A stretch of 56,839 bases of DNA from Octopus bimaculoides (Eukaryota). Under the pieces are notes generated by a model that saw only the letters and a program-made list of their open reading frames with translations, had not been told where the DNA came from and ran no database searches. The stretch spans positions 26,843,972 to 26,900,810 of the forward strand of contig NC_068997.1 in the NCBI RefSeq assembly GCF_001194135.2. Direction: 5' to 3'. The position numbers were made by a program, and so were the translations under genes. This document shows, one piece after another, positions 40,501 through 52,100 of the stretch; position 1 is the first letter of the stretch; each line of letters begins with the position of its first letter.

Positions 40501-43093
40501 AGCAGGCTGTTACAAAAAGTGTTGACTCCTCCATAACAGAAAATGAGATTGTTTACCTTTCAGAGCAGTGTCCTTGGCAGAGAAGCTTATGGCAAGCAAG
40601 CATTTCAAAGCATTGCCTGAAAGATGTACTAAGTCATCACCTGGTTTCGAAATCACCATCTCGTGCATTTTCATAAGAAGATCACACAGTATAGAACCTG
40701 AAGTGGTATTTTGATTAGCATCATCTGAAAAAAATATTGTAATTAAAAAATAAGTAACAGGCTGTAAATACAATATATTTAATAGTATATCTGCGTTTTT
40801 ATTCTTATATTCTATGCACAAGGAAGTAAGACAGTGGTTAGTGACCAAGGGAAGAAATTTTCAAGTTTATTGAACTATCCATCTATTCATTTTCAGCATC
40901 TATTCATTTTGTCATGGTGGAACATGACAAAGGTTTCTCATAAAATAACGGAAGGTTTAAATTAAATATGAACATTACTTGCCTCGTCTCAAGTAGGCAA
41001 GTACAAGAGTGTTATAAAGCTCGTTTAGCAAAATGACTTACATCGTTTGGAAGAAGGTGGAACTATATCATCAAGAAGTCTTTTAATAATTCTGTTGTCT
41101 ATAGCTTCTTTCTTCAGGGTTTTACTCTGCATTTTCCCTTCCTCAGCAAACAGGTGAGCCAAAAACATTAAGCAACTTTCCTGCAAACTTTGGTTCTGTT
41201 TCTTTAACAGGGTGTATTCAATACAACCTGAAAATAAAGGTCATTTCTAACATTATGTCTGACCTATGCAACCATGTAATAGTAGATATTAAAAGAATGG
41301 TAATGATGATAAGTATAAACGTTTTATATTGTATTATCTACAACCTAGTCACAGACGTTCTATTCCAAAGTCTCACTATGACTCCTCTACTTTGCAAAAT
41401 TAATAATCCTTTCTACTACAGGTGCAAGGCTGCAAATTATGGGGGAGGGGCTAGTCAATTACATTGACTCCAGTGCTCAACTTATACTTTATTTATCAGC
41501 CCCAAAAGAATGTAAAGCAAAGCCAACCTCAGCAGAATTTGAACTCAGAACATAAAAACAGAAAAAATATTGGTTAAGCATTTTGTCTATGCTAACAATT
41601 CTGCCAGCTCACCACCTTCCAAAAACAAAATTAATAATGGTGTCAAATTTTGGCACAAGGCCAGCAATTTTGGGGGAGGGGTAAGTCGATTACATCGACC
41701 CCGGTGCTCAACTGGTACTTAATTTATCGACCCTGAAAGGATGAAAGGCAATGTCAGCCTCAGCAGAATTTTAACTCAGAACATGAAGATGGGTGAAAAG
41801 TCGTCAAGCATTTAGTCCAACATGCTAACAATTCTACTAGCTCACAACCTTACAAAGCAAAATTAATGATAATGTTTGCAGTTTTTCAAACATGACACCA
41901 TTCTAGATATAGGTTTAGCCTCCTAATAAGAATAACATTTATTGAAATGTAATGACATATTTACCAAAGAGGATGCTCCAGTTCTCTTCAAAAATCACAG
42001 CAGATGCATCAAGTGCCAAAGAACCTTCTAGTTGTAAAAATGTTGAGAGCATGGAGAAAGTTTTCTGGTACATCGTTTCACAAATCACATGTATAGGTTG
42101 AGATTCTAAAAATGTCAAAAGAAGAAACAAAATAAATAATTTTGTTTTGGAAAACTACTCAAAAGTCATTGGAATAGCAGCACCACAGAAAATATTTAGA
42201 GGTTGTGGCTTTGCCACATACCAGACGTGATCCATCAGACCTTTGATCATCAATGGTTGGATCTACTTTTCATTTTATTTACTACAACCCAGTACATAAA
42301 AACAATCTCTGTATGATACTTAAGACACATCATTGAATGCCTAATTAACTGCAGTATTCATCTCAAAATAGCGTCCCTTATAACCAAATAGTATTAAGAA
42401 ACACAGAAATATATCAGTAGCAGATATAACATCATTGGGTTTTGATAGTAGCAAGCATCCATAGCATGCAGTGACCAGTGGACATTTGCTACTGATGAAG
42501 CTCAAAGAGGTAGAAATGCACACTTAGCAATGCCACCACTGCTGCTGATAGATTTCTGTGTTTTTTAACATTGCATGTCTATAAGAGATGTTACTATGGA
42601 ACAGTTACCACAGTTAAGTTAGCTTTCAATGATGTACCTGCTTTAAGATGATACACAGATTGCTGTTTCAAACTAATACTGCTTCTATCACACACACACA
42701 CACACATTCTTTTATTCTTTTACTTGTTTCAGTTATTTGATTGCAACCATGCTGGAGCACCATCTTAAAAAGGTTTTAGTCAAAGAAACGCACCCAGGAC
42801 TTATTCTTTGTAAGCCTAGTGGGTCTATGGGTCTTTTTTTCCAAACCACTAAGTTACAGGCACATAAACTCAACAGCATTGGTTGTCAAGCGATGGTGAG
42901 CAGGGGTGGGGGTGGGTGTTCAACACAGACCCACACACACACATATATATATATACAATGGGTTTCTTTCAGTTTCCATCTACCAAATCTACTCAGAAGG
43001 CTTTGGTCGACCTGAGGCTATAGTAGAAGAAACTTGCCAAAGGTGCCACACAGTGGGACTGAACTCAGAACTATGTGGCTGGGAAGCAAGCTT

Positions 43094-43126
<33 letters not shown>

Positions 43127-46100
43127 ACATAAACATGCATATGCACACATGATTGAAGAAATTATATTCCAGATACCTTGTTGTGGAGAAACACCAAGCA
43201 GATGAACAAGTTCTGAGAGGAATGATGTATTGTGGAGGATGTTCTTCCGAAATGTTGCATTCTGGATGGAACAGGTCTCCATCAACTTGATGATGCCGCA
43301 ATGCATCTCTAGGAGCTGCTGGCTAAGTAATTCAACTGCACCGGAACTAACATCACTGCTGGACTCACAACAGACATTCTCTTCTAGTAGTTCACTGTCC
43401 AACAGACTGAAATAGTGGAAGTTACAACAAACAAGTTAGTCACTGGTGGTAGTAGTTGTGCAGCCCTAGGTAAAGTCTGACCCAGCAGAACTATGATCAA
43501 AGCTACTCCAGCCATGACTGTCCCATCTTTTATTCAGATATAGTGTATCTAGGACTACATTACCCAATGTGCCCTTTGTTCCTTCATATTGCCATTTAAT
43601 TCCAAATCAACCCTGAATCAAGAGATGTATAATCGAAGTTATTCAAGCCATAACCATCCCATCCTTCAAATTTAACCAACCCCAGTATTTGACTGGTATT
43701 TTATTGTTCATTAGGTTCATGAGCCTGCAGAAGTGATTCTCAAATATTTGCATGTTAGTAGGGAATGCAAGTGGGGAACACCACTTCAGTGTAGTCTCTC
43801 TCAAGAGAACTGGAAATCAACATGGAATGGGGTTCAATTTCACTGCAACACCTTCCTTATGTAACGGCATTAAGGAGACTATATAGTAGCTTAACCTGCA
43901 AGAAATAGCAGTGAAATACCCTCAACGCCTTAAAAATGGAACACTTGAATAATGTGATTGTAGATATCCCAAGAAACAGATTGGGAAACAATTATAATTG
44001 GGATGCTTTTAATAACAAGCCAGCTCTGTCAGAACTGACATAGGACCAAACAACACCACTAAGAAGAAAGAAGGGAAAATGAAGGTGAAGTGAAATTGGT
44101 CAACTTACGCCATAAGAGATGCCAGTATCAAATGGTTGGTTAAAGAACTGACTGTGTCTTCGGGTGATAAAATAACCAAGTTATGGAGGAGATGGCACAC
44201 AGCAGTAACTAGAGCTGGTGTGGTGGCCGTATTCACATTAGTCTTTGCAGGGAATGCTGGGAACTTGTCTACAACACGTGGACTTCTGGGAGCTGAAAGG
44301 TTATTTTGAAGAGACAGAGAAAGACACAAGTTCATAATAAAAGAACAAATGGAAAAAAAAAAGCAAAAGAGACAGTCACAATTATATAACAACAGGACAG
44401 GTATGTTTTTTGTGAATATACCCCTCTTACTTTTCTATTCTGTGAAATGGCATTTCTAAGCACTCTGGTGATTTTTAAATTTAATTGTCTCAGAGGAGTC
44501 AACTATCAGTTACTTTGAATGGTCACACATGGCTTCTCATGATGTAGTAAAAATAATTCTAAGAAAGAGAGAGGTGGGGAAGAAGTGACTCCAGTACTGG
44601 ACTAGTACTTTATTGGACCTTAGTGGGATTTGAACTCAGAGCATAGAGAGCTGGAACAAATACTGCAAGGTATTCTAGCCGATGCTCTAACAGCAGCAAA
44701 TTTGCTGCCTTTAATGGTCAGTATTTTAATGTATCATCATCATCATTTTAATGTTTAATATTCCATGCTTGCATAGGTCAGAAGTCATTGGTAAAATAAA
44801 TTTTGTTTTACAAAACTCTACATTAGTGCGAGATTGTCAGGAATGCGACATATTTGTAACACGAGTGATATAAATATAAAATATTTGTAATATATAAAAT
44901 ATATTGTAATATAAAATAAAGAAAGTAAGTATAAGTTGTTACATACTGTTTTCTTTTGAGTTTGTCACAGAAGATTGGTTACTAATGGACAATGGAGTTT
45001 GTTGGTAGTATCCAGTTTGGTCAACTTTACTCTCTCCACATGAAGGAATGGTCTGAATTAATAAAAGAATAAAAAGAAACAAATAGTTTAAACCTCCAAG
45101 ACTCTTAAGAATTCTTGATAGATATTTGACTTCAGATTTCTGTAATGTTGAACAAATAAAAAAAAAATCTCCTAGAAAATAAAGTTAGCAGGTTATTACT
45201 AAACAACCAGTTAACTGTGGCACCTTTTCTTACACAGCTAAGTGCTAAATGAGAGAGAAAGTTCAACACTGTTTTAAGGAAAAAAAGTCTAACAGGGCAC
45301 AGAATGTTAATCGGGACTTACAGAGGGGAAGGTGGTTCACTGTGCTTGAAAAGACATGCCAAGCCAAGTAAAAGCATGGTTGTCCTTGCATACAGACTTG
45401 TCCCCTACATCCCTCTCCAGCTGAGCATTCTTAATCTTGTGGGCCTGTAGGTGCTGGTGTCACATAAAAAGCACTTGTACCAGTGCCATGTAAATGCACC
45501 CATGCCAGTGCTGCATAACAGCACCCAGTACATTCTATGAAGAGGTTGGTATTAGGAAGGGCAGCCAGCCACAGAAACCATGCCAGTAGACATGGAACTT
45601 GGGCAGCTCTTCAGCTGGCCAGCTTATGTCAAACCATCCAACCCATGCAAGCATGGAAAACAGAAGTTAAATGATGATGATGATGACTACTAGCATTTTA
45701 GGTGACTGTCTACTTAGAATGTGCAGAGATCTAGGGACCAGCCAAGAATATAGGGACTGAATAGCTTCACAATAATGACATATATAGTAGTAAGGTAGAG
45801 GCTGGGATTAAACTAGTTGGTTCCTATATTTTGCATGAGAGAGTAACCCAGGTGTTACATAAAATATATATTTACACCATATTCCATATGTGACCTCTTC
45901 CTAAGGATCAATCAAGACTATTATTTTAAAAGTCTGATAGAGTATAACCAGAATTCATTGAGGAAATGAAACAAAGAAGAAAAAGAGTTGAAAATTAAAA
46001 AAAGTTTTTTGTACCTCAGAAGTAACATCGTTGGGAATTACAGAACTGTGTTCTGAGTTTAACTGCTGTATCTGCATCATCTTCAGTTTATTCTGAGCTT

Positions 46101-49100
46101 TTAAATGAAATAAAACATATATATGAAAATGAGACAGAGAGACAAACATAAATATGTAAGAGTAATTTGGAAGTACTAAGAGCTACTACCTCAATACTTT
46201 TGTAAGGGTTTACCATTGGAAAGGTTGTGTATGTAGCAAGGGTGTTTAATGCATAGGTAGGAGATTGGCTTTGCAACCATTTAATATCCATAAAGGTACT
46301 TACCTCCTGTAACAGGTACATCCAGTAAAGGTCCAGGTAACAGAGAGTAATTAGTCTCCATGAAGGTGAGAGGATTTATTGTAGGTTGTGGGTAATACAT
46401 AGCCAAGAGTTGGCTGACAGTTTGGTAGAACTGGCAGTGTTGTAGTAAAACCATCAAGGCTGTCAGACCAACTAAAGGTTCCTGAAATGTAGAGAAATAT
46501 TACAATAATAATAACTTCTAATTTTTGGCACAAGGCCAGCAATTTTAAGGAGAAGGAAAAGTCGATTACATTGACCCCAATACTCAAATGGTACTTATTG
46601 TATGGAATCTGAAAAGAGGAAAGGCAAAGTCTACTTTGGGGGCATTTGAACTCAGAACAGAAAGCCAGAAGAAATGCTGCTGAGCATTTTGTCCAAAGTT
46701 GCTAACAATTCTGCCAGTTCACCACCTTGTTGTTGATGATGATGAGGAGGAGGAGGAGGTGAAAGCACAAATGAGGAAAGAATATTTCTGAAGACTAAGA
46801 TTGGTGTTGTGCTCAAAACTGACCGGATGGAATAAAATCTAAGAGTAAATACATGGGTAGTAGCATCACTTCAGTATGGCGTTGGAGTCATAAACTGGCA
46901 AAAGAAAAAACTGATGAGTATGGATGATACAAAGACATGGAAACTATTGACAGTGCACAGAGCATTCCATGCCAAGAGAGACACCAACAGGTTATATTTG
47001 TCCAGAGGAGAAGGATAGGAGAGGTTTGATTAGTTGTCAGGATTGTGTTGAATAATAGGAAAACTGTTTAGGGTGGTATGTAAAAAAAAGATGCTATGGA
47101 ACCATTGTTGATGCTTGTGAAGAAGCCCAGCATCACCAAAATTGATAATTGTGTGAAGAAAGAGAAGAGGAAAATAACACAAAAAACAAAAAGTGGCATG
47201 GAAAGGAAAAAGAATATTAAAAATACGATACATTTTGTTGTTTCTATTGGCAATAAAGGATTGTCTCTGGATTTAAATGAAAGGTAAGTTGTATGTGTGT
47301 GCAATGTGCTGGTCCCTTGGATTAAAGTTACCAGCTGATGTATATAGGAGAGAAATGGCCATAATGGTAAAGCCGTGATGTAACTGCCTCCACTCACATC
47401 ACGATGAAGTGTGATGTAATGTAATATGTGGTATGGTATAATACATACGTGTGTGTGTGTGTGTGTGCTATGTAATATACAAAGAGTTGTAGTGCAATGT
47501 AATATGGTGTTATGTGAAGCGGTGCAATATAATGTAATGTGATATGATATAATATAATGGATATGGTGAGGTGTGTGTGGTTTGGTGTGGTTTACTCACC
47601 TGATAGTAAGAATCATTGATTACTGGTCCTTCAGAGGTTCCGTTGTTGCCATTGCTACTGCTTGGTAATGGCTTGGATATCAGGTTGACCAACAAATAGG
47701 CAGCCTACAACGAAAAGAATTCAGGTGTTACTCACTGATACAGAGTATATACAATATAAGTGGCTATGTAAGACACAGGGGACTTATAAGGGATAGTGCT
47801 TTTTATGTGTGAGAGAGAGAGTGGGAGGAGGAATGAGAGAAGAAAGGGAGAAAATAGAGGAAGACAGTGTGTGTATGTGGTGAAAAAGAGAGTAGGGAGA
47901 GATAAGAGAAATAAAGAGGATGGAAATAGTGAGAAAGAGTGTATGTATGGTTATGCGATAAGAGAGAAAGTGGAAAGAAATGGGAGAAAAAAGATGGAGA
48001 GAGAGAGAGGGAGAGAAAGAATAAGAGAGAGAGAATGTGTGTGTGGTTATGTGATGAGAATAGTGTGAGAGAGGGAGAGAGAAAGAGTAGAATGACAGGA
48101 GATAAAAGAGAAAGATAGTAAAACTGAAGAATATGAATGGGTTAAGGGAAAGAGTGTATGTGTGATAAGAGAAAGAGAATGGATGGCATGCAGAGAGAGG
48201 AAGAGAGTATGTGTGTATATCTACGTGCATACGTGAGCTGCAAATAATAGATGTGTCTACCTGTTGTCTAACCAGGCTACTTTCAGAGGAGTCCAGCAAA
48301 ATAGTGAAGACTACTCCCCAAATACCACCTGGAATATGTCGACAGTTGGCTGTGACAAGGGAACGACCAACACTGCTACAGGACAGAGTGACCGCAATAC
48401 CAAGACCAGCACATCTTACCTGGGGAATACAAGAGAACATTAAGAAGACTGGGGAAACTGGCTGACTGAGGGAGGATGTAAGTGGATGTGCACACAATTA
48501 CAACACACACAAGCACATACAAATACACACACATATATGCACAGTTACATACAAACACAGTTTCTTTTAGAAGTGAGCATGAAATTAAAATACATTCAAC
48601 CAATTGTTTTGAACTGAATGTAAAGACTTATCAACATAGGTTCATAATGAATACACTCTAAATCAGTGGTTCTCAACCATTTTTTTACCCATGGACATTT
48701 TTATTCCTGTTTCACTCCGATGGACCCGCTTAACCAGGCAATGTTTAAAGAATTCCTTATTATATTTTCATAATTAAATATTATTAGGAATTATATTAAA
48801 AAGTTGCCGAATTATTTTCTGTATTGTAGAAATATAACCAATTTAATGCAAAAGATTTTAACAACAAAATCTTATGTGTCTCCATATGGATCCCAGTTGA
48901 GAACCACTGCTCTAAATGATGAACACAAAATCTTAAAGATCATTGGATCTTAAAAATGAACACAGAATAACTCCTAATAGCAAACATTGAATTTTAACAA
49001 TTAAACACTGGGCCTTATTAAACATTGAGTCTCTTTATGAATAAGGGATCTTAATATGTTGTTTTAGTAGATTAAAAAAAGGTTTTAATATGAAATAATG

Positions 49101-52100
49101 AGACTTGATAGACATAATAAAGTAAAGACAAATCTATTGTTAGTTTCCCCATACACACACAATATAGATGTGAACAATTAAAACTTCCTGTGGTCTATTA
49201 TTGTAACATACCTCAGGATCTCGGTAGGCCCACAGGGTTAACAACCAATTTAAACCGGTTTCCATCAAAAGCCGATTCTGCTCCTTCATGTACAACCAAT
49301 GCTCTGGCCATTTCTAAGAGAGAAATAATTAACGTTTGTTTTGTAATTAAGTTATTTTAGTTGGATATAATAAATAATAAAGGAAATCGACAAGGGTTGG
49401 GGGTCCAGGGAAGCTGGAGATATATGGAACAAGTAGAATATATTAGATATGATAAATATGGTCCTTTGGAGAAGGTGAATCCTTGTCATTTTAATGCCCA
49501 CTTTTCCATGCTGGCATGGGTCAGAGAGAACTTGTTGAGGCAGATTTTTTATGGCTGGATGCCCTAGATGTAACCAACCCTCACTTGTTTCTAAGTATAT
49601 TATTATTCACCTTTGGCTGAACAGGTTTTCACAGAAGACTTAAAATGAATAACATCACATTTATCACAGTGGCATTTGCTTATAATCATCACACAATGTC
49701 AGGACAAGGTAACACACACACATGATGGATTTCTTTCAGTTTGCATCTACCAAATTCACTCACCAGGCCTTGGTCAGCCCTGAGCTATTATAGAAGACAT
49801 TTGTCCAAGGTGCCATGCAGTAGGATTGAACCCAAAGCCATGTGGTTAGAAAGTGAACTACTTAACTACACAGCCAAGAATTATAAGAATAATAATCCTT
49901 TCTATTATAGGTACAAGGCCTGAAATTGAGTGTGGGGCTAGTTGATGACATTGTACTCAAATAGTACTTATTTCATGAATCCCAAAAGGATGAAAGACAA
50001 AATCGACCTTGGAAAAGGGTTAAGTCAATTACATTGACCCTAGTGCTCAACTGGTACTTATTTCATCAACCCCAAAAGGAAGAAAGGCAAAGTCAACCTT
50101 GGTGAAATTTGAACTCAGAACATAAAAATAGATGAAGTGCCGCTAAGTATACCTCATTCTCTGAATATATTTCCATCTCTAAAGCAAGGTGCTGGAGACA
50201 CATGGTGGCTGATTTCGTCACTCCTTTTCCCATGTATGACATCACAGTGCCACCACGACCAATGTGGAAAGCTGATATAATCTGTGAAATAAACAAACAA
50301 CAACAATAATGATGGTTTCAAATTTTGGCTCAAGGCCAGCAATGCTGGGGAAGGGATAAAGTCGATTACAGCAATCCTAGTGCTCAACTGATACTTATTT
50401 TATCAACCCCAAAAGAATGAAAGGTAAAGTCAACTTTGATTGAATCTGAACTCAGACTGTAGATGGACAAAATGCAGCTAAGTATTTTGCTCTGCATGCT
50501 AACATTTCTGCCAGCTCACCCCTTAATCATCATCATTTAACGTCCGCTTTCCATGCTAGCATGGGTTGGACAATTTAACTGGGGACTGGTGAACCAGATG
50601 GCTACACCATGCTGTTGATGGTGGTATTATTGATGATGATGTTCACAAGGGAGATGACGGTGGTGATTTGTGAAACTATAAATTTATACAAGGTGAATAT
50701 TTTACCTCCAACAAACAACCAAGAAGTTTCAAAGTCAGACTGAATCCATCGGTTTCACTAATTTCTCCACTCCAGCCAAGCCTGAAACAGTAAAAAAAAA
50801 AAAGCAATGATAATAACAAAAAATAAAGACAGAATTACTCATCTTCTTTCATCAGTTTCAGTCGTTGAACTGTGGCCATGCTGGGGCATGACTTTAAAGG
50901 ATTTTAACCAAACAAATCAATCCCAGTACTTATATCTTTTTTGTTTTGTTCTTTTTAAGTCCTACTGCTTATCCTATCTGCCTCTTTTTGCCAAACAACT
51001 AAATCACAGGGATGCAAACAAACAAACTCTAATTGCCAAGCAGTAGCGGGGGACAAGCACAAACACATGTAATATATATATATATATATATATANNNNNN
51101 NNNNNNNNNNNNNNNNNNNNNNNNNNNNNNNNNNNNNNNNNNNNNNNNNNNNNNNNNNNNNNNNNNNNNNATATATATATTCACACACACAGAGGAGGCT
51201 TCCACACAGTTTCTCTCTATCAAATCCACTCACAAGAAGTGAGTGAATTTGCTCGACATTCAAATTGGTTGGCTTGGGGCTATAGTAGAAGACACTTGCC
51301 CAAGGTGCTGCTTAGTGAGGACTGAGCCCAATATCACATGATTGCAAAACAAGCTTCTAAACTAAACAGCCATGCCTGTACCTGAGAGTATAGAAAATTA
51401 TAAATTATCTTACAGCACACATTAGGAGTATCTACACTTAACCGATACTCTTAGTAGCAGCAGCTGACTGTCACTCTGGCCAATAGGAGTAAATACTGTT
51501 TGCAGTATGAGTTATATATTTTAGGTAGCAGAAGTATCACCAGTTGATGAATATCTTTAGCCACAAGAGTAAAACTAGTGGGGAAATAATTGGAGTGATA
51601 ACCAATACTCTGAGGAGCAGAGCAGGTCTTGCTGATTGAATTCATAGCATCAGGAGTATGAGCAGTTAAGTGAGTGGTAGTAGGAGTAGTCAATGGAGGG
51701 AGGCAAAAGTATCAATCAATGTTCAGAATGCTCTTAGTAACAATATAATTACTATCAGGAGTACAAGCAGCTTAATAATGCTCTCACTCGAAACTGACTG
51801 ACACTCCTACTGGCAGGAGTACAATAAGCTCACTGGTACACTCACTAGCAGGAGTGTTGGTAGTTTATCAATACTCTTACTTGCAGGTGTGTTAGTAGAA
51901 ACTGGTATTCTTATAACAGGAGTACAAGTAGTTTGCTGACCAAGAGTAACTGAGTGATGCTCTTAAGTAACAGGAGTACAAGCAGTTAGCATACCATATT
52001 CTTCATCATACAAGTTGAATTTTTCAGACCAAAATTTACAGCGAAAAAAGGTAGATTGGTTTACGCACCAAAATGACTTTGGAGAGCCAAAAATTCCATA

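Noticed and set aside
42341-42523. 60-aa minus-strand ORF between RTTN exons
   Set aside because: Wrong phase for the junction, no usable donor before the stop, and the neighbouring exons already join in phase.
47068-47397. 109-aa minus-strand ORF
   Set aside because: It overlaps the antisense LINE fossil; no phase-compatible splice sites are needed here.
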